From sequence record AP017925.1: a stretch of 64,000 nucleotides of DNA. The stretch is one strand, 5' to 3'. The notes beneath the pieces were generated by a model. That model was given only the letters and a program-made list of their open reading frames with translations, ran no database searches and was not told the origin of the DNA. The translations under genes were made by a program, and so were the position numbers. This document shows, in pieces, positions 19,035-30,331 of this stretch. Each line of letters starts with the position of its first letter. Position 1 is the stretch's first letter.

Positions 19035-21248
19035 TTAGGAGCCAAAACCACGCCGACCACTAAGCTCAGTGTAGCCGTTCCACGAACCAACTGCATTACG
19101 TCGTGTCCAGTTACTGCCTGTGTTGCTGGCTGCGCGATCAGTGCGTTTCCGCTCCTTCGCCTCACGGATCAGGTTATCGACGTTGAACACCTCATTCTCT
19201 TCCACAACCACACGGTTGGAGAGGGCGCGCATTTCCTGCTCCAGACGAACGATCACGAACAAGTCCTTGGCTTGTGCGATCTTGTCAGCCAGAGCATTGA
19301 TGCGCTCACGGATTACACGTTGTTCACGTTTTTCATCCGCTTGTTGCGGGTCCATACCGTCGCCGGAGTCGTTGAGCAGACTACCGACCAAGGAAGGATC
19401 GATGCCGTAGTAGCGCAGGTTCTTTGCCTTCGTGATCATCCAGTGAGCCAACAGCCAAGCGATACACATGTCATCATGTTCGCCAGGCGGATGATCCACT
19501 CGACCGTTCTTGGTAATCAGCCCGTTGATCTGGTCAGCCAATACCTTGTCATAAACACGATCGCAAGAACGTTTAGCTGCCAACTGCAGTGTCTCCGAAT
19601 AGAGAGCACTACGCGAAGTCGTACCACCGCCCGAAGTCGTGAAGCCAAACGTCTTCTTGAAGCGGGCGTACTGGTCGTGGTTATTGCGCGATACCAAGCG
19701 CTGCATTTCCTCGTATTGTACTTCGTTGACTTGCTTGTCCTGCACCACGGTGTTGTAGATGCGTTTGAATGGATTGATCCCTACTGCCGACAATTCAATC
19801 AACAAGTAGTCAATGATGCTCTGACCCGAGGAGCGGTTCTCAGGAATGAACGTCACTGTTGGGTACTTGATCAGGAACGCAGCAATCCATTTCGACAGAT
19901 GGATCAAGTTGGTTTCATTGATGTTGGCCACGCACACCGTTTCCAGCGTTTGCGTATCCATCACGTAGAAAGCACAATCGTCACCACCGGATGCATTGGA
20001 CGAGTCGCAACCCATCACGTATGTCGAATCGAACATCCGCTTGCTGATCTGGTCTTCCGGCAGATACCAGCGCGTGGTGTAGGAACCAATGCGCGAGATG
20101 TCGGTATGATCCGAACCACGAACGGAGTTGCGAATGGCGTTGAGGATCGTAGTCGACAACGGCGAAGTCTGGCTACCCGACGTCCACATGTTAAAGTAGT
20201 CGCGGTTAGCATCATCACCGGTCTGCACCGATTCTTCCAGTTTCTCCATCAGCCACTGGTCAGTCTTGCCAAGCTGTCGATGGTTCAGCGTGATGTTCAC
20301 ACGCAGCTTACCTTTCGGGCTGGCTTTACGGATGATCTCGTAGAGCGCCGCCTCGTTCGTGGCATCGAAGAACTTCTCGCTCCAGACAGCAGACTGGCTG
20401 ACCATTTTGTAAATGAATGCGCCGTCCTTGTCGTCCTTCTTACCAGCGGTGGTAGTCAGGATAGTGCCGTAGTAAGCACCGGCCTTCTTAGCGCGGTCAA
20501 CCGCAGCGCCGGTAGCGGCTAGCGCAGCCGGCAGAGCAATAGCGATGTTCGGCTGGAAGGGACCCTCGTCAATGTGGAAGATACCAGAGGTCAGACCACG
20601 ACCCAGGTTCAGTGCACGCTTCGGAGACATCTGCGGAACGTGGGTCTTGTAACGGTTCTTCAGACGAACACGAGTGATTTCCTCAGTGTTCGATGCATCG
20701 TCACGCGACTGTTGATTCAGGTACGACGGCAGTTCAGCCGCAATATCCTTCAAGCGGTTGATGTTACCGCGGCGCAGGTTGTCGTCCTTCGTGAGCAGGT
20801 TGATTTCCGTATCGCGGCACCCGATGTTCATCAGGTAAGTCATCAACGAGTCAGTCGAGAAGGATTTACCTGTCTGACGAATCTGGATGAGGAAAGTCAT
20901 CACGTGGTTGAAGAACAACCAATACAGCGCAATGTTCCCTCGGTTGGCTTCCTGCATCACAGCGTCGCCGCCACCGATTGCAGGAGCCTTGGCCACTTCT
21001 CGGAAGTAGTACCATGGGTTGATCGCGCATTCAAGCGCAATCATGGCCTTCTGAGTTTCAGATAGGCTTAAGGAATGGGGATCAACGCCGCGCAATGCAG
21101 GGTTGACCAATGCTAGTAGGAAGGCATGGTTCTTCACGCCCAATGATCGGTACAGGACAGCAAGACGTAGATAGCTCTTGTTTTTTGTCTCTGTATCTAC
21201 AATGGCGCTGGGGTAGCGCTTCCAATCATCCATGAACAGAATTGCCAT
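19035..21248 (-). CDS. terL: Large terminase subunit (phiKZ gp25-like)
   Basis: Walker A IRQTGKS, Walker B HIDEG, nuclease MGCDSS..DDC and HDDMCIAW motifs. Confidence 0.93.
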   Translation of the reverse strand: MAILFMDDWKRYPSAIVDTETKNKSYLRLAVLYRSLGVKNHAFLLALVNPALRGVDPHSLSLSETQKAMIALECAINPWYYFREVAKAPAIGGGDAVMQEANRGNIALYWLFFNHVMTFLIQIRQTGKSFSTDSLMTYLMNIGCRDTEINLLTKDDNLRRGNINRLKDIAAELPSYLNQQSRDDASNTEEITRVRLKNRYKTHVPQMSPKRALNLGRGLTSGIFHIDEGPFQPNIAIALPAALAATGAAVDRAKKAGAYYGTILTTTAGKKDDKDGAFIYKMVSQSAVWSEKFFDATNEAALYEIIRKASPKGKLRVNITLNHRQLGKTDQWLMEKLEESVQTGDDANRDYFNMWTSGSQTSPLSTTILNAIRNSVRGSDHTDISRIGSYTTRWYLPEDQISKRMFDSTYVMGCDSSNASGGDDCAFYVMDTQTLETVCVANINETNLIHLSKWIAAFLIKYPTVTFIPENRSSGQSIIDYLLIELSAVGINPFKRIYNTVVQDKQVNEVQYEEMQRLVSRNNHDQYARFKKTFGFTTSGGGTTSRSALYSETLQLAAKRSCDRVYDKVLADQINGLITKNGRVDHPPGEHDDMCIAWLLAHWMITKAKNLRYYGIDPSLVGSLLNDSGDGMDPQQADEKREQRVIRERINALADKIAQAKDLFVIVRLEQEMRALSNRVVVEENEVFNVDNLIREAKERKRTDRAASNTGSNWTRRNAVGSWNGYTELSGRRGFGS

Positions 21249-21348
21249 GATTGACTCCAAAAATGTAGATAAAAGTATTCTCTCCGCTTCGTGCACCGGC
21301 TATTCCAGCGCAGGAAAAACTCAGCGAAGAGGCTCTCCACATTAATTA

Positions 21349-21391
21349 CAGCATAAAAAGCGAGAGGGTTTCCCCTCTCGCTCTTATGTCG
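21349..21391. terminator. Hairpin element between gp26-like and terL
   Basis: CAGCATAAAA-stem-CTTATGTCG. Confidence 0.7.
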
Positions 21392-21399
21392 CTGAGTTG

Positions 21400-23109
21400 T
21401 TAGCTCAGAGGAACCCCACCATCGTCGTACAGAATCATACCCGAAGTGCCCAGCTCCAGGTCGTTCTCCGGCGTCTTGCGAATCCACTCGATGTAAACGT
21501 TGCCGTTCACGCTGAGGCCGTTGAGCATCTGGAAGATCTGGTTGAACTGGTCGACCGAATGTTCCTGAACCTCGCTGGTCGTACGGATACGGAAGTGCGT
21601 CGGCAACGGCGCCACAACTTCTTTGAGCGGGTCGAAGATCGGCCGCATTGGCAGGTAGAGTTTGGCGAGCCATTCGTCCACCGTCTTGCAGCCAGCATCG
21701 ACTTTGAGCTTGTAGTAGTTGTAGTTGATGAACTCCAGCACGCCATTGGTGCCGTTCACACCGTAAGCCGGGTCTTGACCTTGTTCGAACACGATAGACC
21801 AGTTGGTTTCGCGTTCCGTACCATCGCGCCACAGTACGACTTGAACCGTCTGGGCATGACGGAAGTCTTCGTACAGCGGATTGATGTCTTTCAGGTTTAC
21901 CGACACGTTCAGCATCTGGTTCACGCCATACAGCTTCGGCTGGAAAGCCGGCGAATTGACCGAGAACTGAACGAACTGGGTAACATCGTAACGCGCATTG
22001 CGCTCGGACGAGTACAGGAACCAGCGCAGGCTGTACCCGTTGACTGGACCCACCCATTCCGGGAAGCAATACAGCCGGACGTTGTAAGCACCCTTGGCCT
22101 CGATCGTCTTGATGTCGTATTTCTGCGTAACGAAAACTTGCTCGCCGCGCGTTGCACCGTACACCACGTCATCCGGCAGCGGAGTGTAGCGCAGCACCAC
22201 CGGGATCTTCTGGTTGACCATCGATGCCAGATAGCTTTCCATTCCCAGCAGAGCGAAGCGCGTACCATCCACCGGATATTCCTTGGATGAGCCATCCGAG
22301 TAGTTCACCCGGGCCTTCAGATACAGACCTTGTAGCGGTACATTCACTGGCAGGTTGATCAGCTTCGGATCGGTTTCGCTCATGAACGGCGACAGCAGTT
22401 GGATGCCAGTCACGTAACGCTCGTTGCTGTTGCGATGACGGATGAACGAGGTGTTCTGTACCGTCAGCTGAGTGATCGATGCCGGATGACCTTCCGAGGT
22501 ATAGGCGATGAGAGTTACCACCTCGCCGTCCGGCAGGTCTTCCATGGTGTAACACACCGGCACGCAGTATTCGCTGCGGTTGGTGTTGGCATCCACACCC
22601 ACCAGTTCCAGGGTGATATCATTACCGATCAGGTTGCCTTGGTTGTCGTAGAAAGCCGACACAGCTTTCAGATCCGTCGGACCCGTCACTTGTTTGAAGA
22701 TCCGGGCATAACGCGATACCGTGCCTTTGAATGACAGACGATTTTCCACGGCCAGTACGTACGGTGTTACCGACTTGTCGAGGTAGGCGCGATAAGTGCT
22801 GTTGTGGGTCAGACGACCAGGACCAGTCAGGACGTCGCTAGACGAAATGGTCGAGGTGCTAATGTTGCCCCACGGTTCCAGCGTCGGGATCAGATCCACG
22901 TCGAGAGCCTTGACGATCCACCAGGGGCTGGTGGTCTTGCCTTGTCGGTCGTAAGCGAGGTCACCGACGTTGGGGACGAAACGCTTCTCTCCGACCGTTC
23001 CATCCCACAGCTCATCGAGAGCGTAGGTAGCGGACTTGCCTTCCGGGTTATAGATGGGTACTTTGCCATCCGTCCCGGCTACCGCGGTAAGATTCAGAGT
23101 AGTTGTCAT
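21400..23109 (-). CDS. Virion structural protein, gp26-like (baseplate/tail)
   Basis: About 570 aa, beta-rich; syntenic in the terL-gp26-gp27-gp28-sheath-tube block. Confidence 0.7.
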   Translation of the reverse strand: MTTTLNLTAVAGTDGKVPIYNPEGKSATYALDELWDGTVGEKRFVPNVGDLAYDRQGKTTSPWWIVKALDVDLIPTLEPWGNISTSTISSSDVLTGPGRLTHNSTYRAYLDKSVTPYVLAVENRLSFKGTVSRYARIFKQVTGPTDLKAVSAFYDNQGNLIGNDITLELVGVDANTNRSEYCVPVCYTMEDLPDGEVVTLIAYTSEGHPASITQLTVQNTSFIRHRNSNERYVTGIQLLSPFMSETDPKLINLPVNVPLQGLYLKARVNYSDGSSKEYPVDGTRFALLGMESYLASMVNQKIPVVLRYTPLPDDVVYGATRGEQVFVTQKYDIKTIEAKGAYNVRLYCFPEWVGPVNGYSLRWFLYSSERNARYDVTQFVQFSVNSPAFQPKLYGVNQMLNVSVNLKDINPLYEDFRHAQTVQVVLWRDGTERETNWSIVFEQGQDPAYGVNGTNGVLEFINYNYYKLKVDAGCKTVDEWLAKLYLPMRPIFDPLKEVVAPLPTHFRIRTTSEVQEHSVDQFNQIFQMLNGLSVNGNVYIEWIRKTPENDLELGTSGMILYDDGGVPLS

Positions 23110-23172
23110 GGGTGTTAAGCCCTTCAAGAAAATCTGTTGATGCGGCTGGGGCTTTCACCCCAGCCTTGCCTT

Positions 23173-25761
23173 TTAGAACTTCTGCACTTGGACAGTGGAT
23201 GGTAGATCCACGTTCGGAGCATAGATCGCTGCTGCCCGTTGCAATACGCGCCAACGGTACATGTCAAGCGTCACATAGGTCGGATAGGGGTGCGGATGCA
23301 CCACTACGTACCGATCATCGACGCCAAATTGGATCGGATCGAACGACAGGTACTTGTTGTACGCAGCCAAACGTGTCCGCAGCCAGTCATCGCCGAATTG
23401 CTCGTAGAACTTGTCGTCCCACAGCACACCCGTTTGCAGATCATCGATAATTCGAGACAGGAACGGACTGTACACCGTGTAACGATTGGTGATCGCATTA
23501 GGTGCACCTACTTGTTGCTGAGGTAAGAAGCGCGACATGTAATCGCTAATCTCGCCATCGATGGCGATCGATGCATCGCGGAAATCGTACGTCATGTCCG
23601 CCACGCTCGGGTTACCCACGAGGTAGTTGTTCATAGGAACAACAATGTCTCGAATCGCATACGGCGCGCCGTTCAGTGCATCAGTGATGTTGACACTGAC
23701 GCCGTCTTCTGCGAACTTCAAATCTTCCCGCAGCCGCACTTCACCGCCACAAACAATCCGCAACACTTTGTCGTCGCGAATGTCGAAACGACTGTTAGCC
23801 GACAACACGCCTTGGAACACGAAGCCGACATCCGGAGCCGCAGTCCGTGTCATGTCCTTATTGCAGAAGCCCTTGTAGCGAACCGTGAAGAGCTGCTGAT
23901 CAAGTGTCGTGTCGAAATACTTCTTAGTCGTCACGACAACTCGCGAACCTTTCACCACGAAGTCGAGACCTTCAATCAACGAGTAACCATTGAAGAAGAT
24001 ATCGAGTTCACCAAGAGGCATATCCAGTTTCTGGTACGTACCGTCCTTGTAGAACGTGATGTCGAATTCAAACACCCCAGCGATCGGTGCCATTTGGAAG
24101 CTGTACGCCAAATGCCGTTTGTTGGAGAGCACTCGGTGAATCGGCGCAGCGCTCACCACCCACTGGTACGTGTTGTTCTGTACCAGATAAACAGGATCGC
24201 CGGTCCGGTCTTGCCAATCCCCATTCTTCACCCCGGCGTTGTCTGGAGCGGTGTAGAATCGGTAGTTGAACAAGTAATCGATCGGACCAGAAGCTGCATT
24301 GTCAGTTACATCTAGCGAAGTTCCACCAAGACCAAAGATGATCTCAGCAAAAGCCGCATCAGCGGACTGACAGGTGTAGGTGTCGTCCACGGTATTCGGA
24401 GCGTAGAACAACAGGCGGCCATTTGAGTCATACTCGTAGACAGTGCAGCAACCACGCAACGCCGGCGGAATCACGATCACCTTCTGACCACTGAAGAGCG
24501 TAACCTTAGTAGGCGTATCACCCAGCAGTTTGGACATGGCGTTGTAGCCGTAGGCTTCCTGCACCATCTGGCGAGTCACGCCACCTTGCGGTTGACGCAT
24601 GATCTCAGTGTAGGCGCTCGCTTCCAATGCAGCAGCTTTCCATACCGAGACGTTAGCGTCCATGCCGACCATGGACTCCAGCACGCGATCGTCAGGCAAC
24701 TTGTACAGCTCGAACAATCGGCTGTTCTCCTGAACCAACGGACGCTGGTAGCCGGAGTGCCGGACAGTCAAACGCAGTTCCAGATCAGCTTGTGCCAAGA
24801 ACAGATTAGCTGCTTGTGCGCCATTGATTCGGATCACGGGCACCGAGTAATCGCGATGCGTAACCATCCGCATCGTTCGCGAATCGTTCTTGTGCAGGTA
24901 TACGCCATGCCAGCGATTGGTATTCCAGGTTTCACCAAGATACAGATCGACATCGTCCTGGTAGTCGATCATGTCGTTCGGACCAGCGTAATGCAACAGG
25001 TACTTGTGAATACCGTCCAGTGTGCTTTCAAACTCCTGCAGATTGCGCACCTTAAACACGACTTCGCGCTTGACCGAGGCATCGAACACGTATTCGAGAT
25101 AATCACCTGGTTGAGCCGAAACCAGATCGATCTTGTCGACACGTCGACCGTTGACAAAGAAGAACGTGCCGCCGTAAGTCGGCAGTCCAGCGATCTCGGC
25201 CTGGAAGTCATTGAGCATGTTGACGTTGTCAGCACGGATCGAATTGACTTTGATGCACCCATCAGGAACTTGAGCGCGTACGCTCTGGAAGTAAGCGTTT
25301 TCGTAAATGCGAACGAAAACAGGATCGCTCTCCAGATCGACATCGACAACCTTGGGTCGCTCGCTCGGCTTACGCACTGCTACGAGCATATTGTTATCCC
25401 CAGTGACAATATACCAGCACAGGCTGCGCGGGATCATCACGCCCTTGGACGTATAGATATCGATGATGGCGCATTCCTGCATCATCGCATCTTTGGCAGA
25501 AATCCAAACACCGGGTTTGTCCAGCAACCCAATGATAGCTGGATGAACTTGGCCGATCTGGTAAATATGGAAACGCGCAGTCGTTCCCGAGATCGGCATT
25601 TGAATCTTGCGCCACTGGTATGTGAAGTAAGTCCAGATACCATTCGGCGGCGTGATCTTTGCAGGCTGGATGATAGCCTGCTTATCCTGCTCCGGAGTGC
25701 ACCACACGTTGCGATAGGCGTGGTCGAGCAGAAAATCTTCCGAGACTTGATAGCCGCTCAT
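23173..25761 (-). CDS. Virion structural protein, gp27-like (baseplate)
   Basis: N-terminal FLLDHAYRNVWCTPEQD motif; size and synteny. Confidence 0.75.
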   Translation of the reverse strand: MSGYQVSEDFLLDHAYRNVWCTPEQDKQAIIQPAKITPPNGIWTYFTYQWRKIQMPISGTTARFHIYQIGQVHPAIIGLLDKPGVWISAKDAMMQECAIIDIYTSKGVMIPRSLCWYIVTGDNNMLVAVRKPSERPKVVDVDLESDPVFVRIYENAYFQSVRAQVPDGCIKVNSIRADNVNMLNDFQAEIAGLPTYGGTFFFVNGRRVDKIDLVSAQPGDYLEYVFDASVKREVVFKVRNLQEFESTLDGIHKYLLHYAGPNDMIDYQDDVDLYLGETWNTNRWHGVYLHKNDSRTMRMVTHRDYSVPVIRINGAQAANLFLAQADLELRLTVRHSGYQRPLVQENSRLFELYKLPDDRVLESMVGMDANVSVWKAAALEASAYTEIMRQPQGGVTRQMVQEAYGYNAMSKLLGDTPTKVTLFSGQKVIVIPPALRGCCTVYEYDSNGRLLFYAPNTVDDTYTCQSADAAFAEIIFGLGGTSLDVTDNAASGPIDYLFNYRFYTAPDNAGVKNGDWQDRTGDPVYLVQNNTYQWVVSAAPIHRVLSNKRHLAYSFQMAPIAGVFEFDITFYKDGTYQKLDMPLGELDIFFNGYSLIEGLDFVVKGSRVVVTTKKYFDTTLDQQLFTVRYKGFCNKDMTRTAAPDVGFVFQGVLSANSRFDIRDDKVLRIVCGGEVRLREDLKFAEDGVSVNITDALNGAPYAIRDIVVPMNNYLVGNPSVADMTYDFRDASIAIDGEISDYMSRFLPQQQVGAPNAITNRYTVYSPFLSRIIDDLQTGVLWDDKFYEQFGDDWLRTRLAAYNKYLSFDPIQFGVDDRYVVVHPHPYPTYVTLDMYRWRVLQRAAAIYAPNVDLPSTVQVQKF

Positions 25762-25845
25762 ATGAGCCCTTTTGATTAATCGTGAATAAAAAGCGCTACC
25801 CACTACTAGAGTGAGTAGCGCTTTTAGAAGGGACTGTCGAGTCGA

Positions 25846-26769
25846 TTACCAGCCAGCACCACCGTCGTCTTGGACCTGACCCAGATAGGCCATGGAACGA
25901 ACGAATCCTTCGTGATACTTGCGGTAGGTATTGCGCTCGATGATCTGCGTGAGACCCGCCTTCTTGAAGCCGCGGTTGCTGATCGCTTGGAACAGCAGGG
26001 TGAGCCACACCGGAGGATACTCCAGCGCCACAGTCACCAGTTCGCGACCAGCGTTACCATACCAGGAACCACCCACCACGCCGTACAGCGTTGCCGGGTT
26101 GAAGTCTTCGAGGCGTACGCTTTGCGTGAATGCCTTGATTACGTCGCACAGTTCCTGCACGTCACGGATGATCGGATGGGTTTCTACGATGTCTACCACG
26201 TCAGAGTGGCGATAGCTGCAGGTACGGGTAATCGCAGACAGCAGATAAGCGGTATCTTCCGAGCTGGCTTCGGTTTTGTCCCAGAAGCAGTTCAGATAGA
26301 AGATCGCGGCAAACACCGAGACTTGGAGTTGCTGTCGCGCATCCAGCGCAAAGCGCTTGGCCACAGTCTCGCCCATCCAGTGAGCGTACAGCATCAGCGG
26401 CAGCGGGGAGATGTCACGGATGCGACCCTGATAGCCTTGGTGCCAATCCAACGCAAGCTGGGCTTGGATCGTACGGGCTTGTACTTCGACGGCGTCGCGA
26501 ACGCGCGCAGAACCGCTGGCATCAACACCAACGTAAGCACGTGCATCGAAGAAGGCAACGTCACCATCCTTGAATTTGCAGACGAAGGGGAAGTTGAAAG
26601 CAGGCACGCCTGCGACGCCACCATTCAGGCCTTCGCGCACCATGTGCACGTTTTCCCGCATTTGTTGTGTGGCGTTGTGATAAAAGGCTTGCTCCAGAGC
26701 CTGCTCCAGTTTGGAGAGGGAGTAGCCTGCGGTTGCAGTCGTTGCGTATGCAGAATTGAAAATGGTCAT
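25846..26769 (-). CDS. Virion structural protein, gp28-like
   Basis: MTIFNSAYATT start; about 307 aa; divergent from the sheath gene. Confidence 0.7.
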   Translation of the reverse strand: MTIFNSAYATTATAGYSLSKLEQALEQAFYHNATQQMRENVHMVREGLNGGVAGVPAFNFPFVCKFKDGDVAFFDARAYVGVDASGSARVRDAVEVQARTIQAQLALDWHQGYQGRIRDISPLPLMLYAHWMGETVAKRFALDARQQLQVSVFAAIFYLNCFWDKTEASSEDTAYLLSAITRTCSYRHSDVVDIVETHPIIRDVQELCDVIKAFTQSVRLEDFNPATLYGVVGGSWYGNAGRELVTVALEYPPVWLTLLFQAISNRGFKKAGLTQIIERNTYRKYHEGFVRSMAYLGQVQDDGGAGW

Positions 26770-27224
26770 GGTGCTTTCACTCGGTAAGAAAATACCTATT
26801 GATCTATGGCCGCGCAAGCATCATTTATTATGAGCGCGAGCCATTCCGTTATTGGCTTGCTTTTTATTTCATCGGGAGTTAGTAAGTAAATACTTGCTAA
26901 CTCCATGTTGTTTCCGTAAAACACGATGAAATGAACCTGAGGTTTCTCAAGGCTGTCATAAAACTACTGTGCTCTCACGGCTGTGCTCGCGCAGCGTCAC
27001 ATATGAAAATGGAGCAAAGTCCTCACCAAGGCTTTGGCGTGTGATTCGAGAGCATGTGCAACACTACATGTTCAACATCGGCTGACGGTGTTCTCGTCGG
27101 CTGGTAAATGATCGACGGGTCATTCGAGCGTGCAGGGAACTATTTAACGGACAGACAGTTCGCAGCAAATCCATAAGCTGCTTCTCGATGTTCTTCGTCT
27201 CATTTCAAATCGGAAAACTCAACC

Positions 27225-29315
27225 ATGGTGACTATCGTTTCGGGTACTCCGCGCATCTACCAGACCGGCATCAAGGACAAGAGTCGCAAGACGGTCCAGG
27301 CTGAGCGCGAAGCAATCCCCACCTTCCTGGCGAAGGTGTTCGGCTATGCCAAATCCGGCCCCCTCGACCCGCAGCTGGTCGTGGGCAACAGCCGTACTCT
27401 TTTGTACGGCGTCGAGTCCTTTGACGAGCGCGGCAAGTACGCGACGCACGCAACCGTGCTGTCGAATACGCTGAACGCCAAAGGCAACATCCAGATGTTC
27501 CAGCGCGTGTTCCCGAAGGACGGTGGTCCGAAGTCCACGCTGCGCGTCTCGCTCGATCTGCTGGCCACGCAAGTGCCAGTGTATCAGCGCAACTCCGATG
27601 GTTCCATTGTCCGTGGCGACGATGGTCTGCCGGTTCCGGTAGTTCCGGCCGCAACCGTTCCGGGCTACAAGGCTCGCTGGGTTGTGCGTCAGATTCCGGA
27701 TGGTCAAATCGGCCAAGCGCAAGAAGCGCCGGGCGGTATGACTGACGGTTCCAACCAGTCCGTACTGTATCCGTTCCACGATCTGGAAGTGCCGTACTTC
27801 GGTGGCGATGGCAACAACGTCGGTCTGCGCATGTGGGCGCAGACCGTGACCGGACTGACTCCGTTCGATGAGCGCCTGCTCAGCGAAATGAAGGTCTACC
27901 CGTTCCGCATGGCCTGCCTGAAGCGCGATGACGAGTTGTCGACCGGCGTGGTGGTTCGCACGCAAACCGACGAGACCTCGGTACAGGTGACTTGGAAGCA
28001 AGGTCTGATCGACCGCAACACCGACGCCGAACTGTATGTGGGCGATGTGTTCATCCAGGCCTTCGACCAAGTCGATGACCCGAACCTGCCGCCGATTCAT
28101 GGTCCGTTCGGTACGCTGGCCACCTACGACGCCGAGATCGCCAAGGTCCTGGGTCTGGTGTACGCGGCTGAAGCCCCGCTGGTGGACGAGTTTTCGGACA
28201 TCACCGGTACGGACCCGGTCGGCGAACTGTACATGATGAACCTGATCGGTGGCTTCTCCTCGAAGAACGTGCCGTACCATTCGTTCATCCTGGACACCAC
28301 CGGCACCGACACCGTTCGCATGTCGGAGAACTCCGTGTTCTACGCTCGCGGCGGCTCCGATGGCACCATGAACGAAGCCGAGTTCGCAAAACTGGTTTCC
28401 GAGCAAGCCAAGCAGTACAGCGATCCGACCAGCGAGCTGATGAACAGTGTCGTGAACTGCGAGTCGATCATCATCGACTCCGGCTTCCCGCTGGAAACCA
28501 AGTACGACCTGATCGACATCATCTCCATCCGTAAGGACACGGCGGTGCTTCTGTCGACTCACGACGTGTTGGGCGAAACCCTCACCCCGTCGGAAGAGTC
28601 GTCCATCGCGGTGGCTCTGCGCACCCGTCTGCAGCTGTTCCCGGAATCGGAAGTGCATGGCACTGCTGTGGTTCGCGGTATGGTGGTGGGTCATTCCGGT
28701 GAATTCCTGGACAGCAAGTACAGCAAGCGCCTGCCGCTGACGCTGGAAATCGCCAAGAAGGCTGCCGACTACATGGGTGCGGCCGACGGTCGCTGGAAGG
28801 CCGGCCTGTCGTTCGACAGCGCGCCGCTGTCGGAAGTAACCAGCTTCAAGAACGTCAACGCCACGTTCAAGCCGGACTCCGTCCGCAACCTGGACTGGAA
28901 GAACTGCCTCGTGTGGGTTCAGTCGTTCAAGCGTCGCTCGGTGTTCTTCCCGGCACTGAAGACCTGCTACGACGACGACACCTCCGTGCTGAACAGCTTC
29001 TTCACCATGATGGCCTGCGTGGAACTGGAAAAGGTCGGCTACCGCGCGTGGCTGAACTTCACCGGTTCGGATAAGCGGACCAACCCGGTCCTGAAGAAGG
29101 ACGTGGAGAAGTTCATCAACGACGACGTGAAGGATCGTTTCGACGGTCGCTTCGTGATCATTCCGGAGGTGTTCTTCACTCAGGCTGACACTGACCGCGG
29201 CTACAGCTGGTCGACCCGCATCAAGCTGGGCGCGGCCAACATGAAGACGGTCAACACGTTCGAGCTGGAAGCCTACCGCATGGACGACCTGGTCCAGGCA
29301 CAAACCGGCGCCTAA
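27225..29315 (+). CDS. Tail sheath protein (gp29-like)
   Basis: 696 aa; GGSDGT, DSGFPLETK and VFFPALKT motifs; strongly biased codons; followed by the tube gene. Confidence 0.9.
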   Translation: MVTIVSGTPRIYQTGIKDKSRKTVQAEREAIPTFLAKVFGYAKSGPLDPQLVVGNSRTLLYGVESFDERGKYATHATVLSNTLNAKGNIQMFQRVFPKDGGPKSTLRVSLDLLATQVPVYQRNSDGSIVRGDDGLPVPVVPAATVPGYKARWVVRQIPDGQIGQAQEAPGGMTDGSNQSVLYPFHDLEVPYFGGDGNNVGLRMWAQTVTGLTPFDERLLSEMKVYPFRMACLKRDDELSTGVVVRTQTDETSVQVTWKQGLIDRNTDAELYVGDVFIQAFDQVDDPNLPPIHGPFGTLATYDAEIAKVLGLVYAAEAPLVDEFSDITGTDPVGELYMMNLIGGFSSKNVPYHSFILDTTGTDTVRMSENSVFYARGGSDGTMNEAEFAKLVSEQAKQYSDPTSELMNSVVNCESIIIDSGFPLETKYDLIDIISIRKDTAVLLSTHDVLGETLTPSEESSIAVALRTRLQLFPESEVHGTAVVRGMVVGHSGEFLDSKYSKRLPLTLEIAKKAADYMGAADGRWKAGLSFDSAPLSEVTSFKNVNATFKPDSVRNLDWKNCLVWVQSFKRRSVFFPALKTCYDDDTSVLNSFFTMMACVELEKVGYRAWLNFTGSDKRTNPVLKKDVEKFINDDVKDRFDGRFVIIPEVFFTQADTDRGYSWSTRIKLGAANMKTVNTFELEAYRMDDLVQAQTGA

Positions 29316-29390
29316 CAGGCACAGGGCGGCACTCAGGAGCTAGGCGCTCCTGAGTGCTCCTACTCCCGTCACTGAAAAGAGAACTTAACG

Positions 29391-30311
29391 ATGACTCAAC
29401 GCCTTACCGAAGCGATCTTGGGCAAGGACATCGCCTATGCCCAGGGCCGCCAGAACACGATGCTGGATCTGCGCTACGGCGGCCAGATGGGCTACGCTCC
29501 GCAGCTCAACCAGATCATCTCCAACCAACCCTATATCAGCCGTCCGCTGATCCCTCTGCTGATCGAAGCGCCACTGGGCTTCAACGATCTGCCGAACTCC
29601 AACTACTGGATCGAATCGCTCCGCTCGCTCGTCGAGCTGCGCGCGATCAAAGTGACTGGTCTCGAATCGACGATGGAAGTCGCCGTCGAAGACACGGCAC
29701 CGGTGGGTGGCGCTGGTGAAATGCACCAGGACTTCACGAACGTGACTCGTGCGCGTTCGAACCCGCAGTTCAGCTGGGTCGAGGTCTACGGCCTGGCTGT
29801 GAAGTCGTTCCTGGAAGGTTGGGTATCCAACCTGATGATGGATGCCAACTCCAAGGTGGCCAACGTTGCAACGCTGCTGGATGCCAATGCGCGTCCGAAC
29901 GCGATGCTCGCGGACTACTACGGTATGTCGGTGGCCTTCATCGAACCGGACCCGACCCACACCAAGGTGGTGCGTGCATGGCTGTGCACGAACATGTTCC
30001 CGTCCGGCCGTATCGCTCAGTCGGAAGGTCAGCGCGACCTGACCCAAGCCGGTCAGCACGTGCAGTACGACGTGACCTTCACTGCGATCACGCAGGTCGG
30101 CATGGGTGTGGACTACTACTGCCAGCAGCTGCTCGACAACATCAACATCCTCGGTGCCAACCCGCTGGCTCGTAAGGCGTTTACGCAATACGACACCAAC
30201 AACGGTGGCCTGGGCGAAGGTCAGCTCGTCGAGCCGCGCCTGCAAGATGTTGGTTTCGGTTACAAGGATCTCACCGAGAGCCTGCCGAACAACAACGTCC
30301 AGTTGGGCTAA
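29391..30311 (+). CDS. Tail tube protein (gp30-like)
   Basis: LDLRYGGQMGYAP..NQPYI and FIEPDPTH..VVRAWLCTNMFP motifs; downstream of sheath. Confidence 0.85.
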   Translation: MTQRLTEAILGKDIAYAQGRQNTMLDLRYGGQMGYAPQLNQIISNQPYISRPLIPLLIEAPLGFNDLPNSNYWIESLRSLVELRAIKVTGLESTMEVAVEDTAPVGGAGEMHQDFTNVTRARSNPQFSWVEVYGLAVKSFLEGWVSNLMMDANSKVANVATLLDANARPNAMLADYYGMSVAFIEPDPTHTKVVRAWLCTNMFPSGRIAQSEGQRDLTQAGQHVQYDVTFTAITQVGMGVDYYCQQLLDNINILGANPLARKAFTQYDTNNGGLGEGQLVEPRLQDVGFGYKDLTESLPNNNVQLG

Positions 30312-30331
30312 TTCGCACACGCGAAACATGG

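Noticed and set aside
27219-29303. 694-aa antisense ORF over the sheath gene, and similar long antisense ORFs at 198-1298, 9694-10656 and 18906-20522
   Set aside because: Expected from strong codon bias of the real genes; no SD and no motifs.
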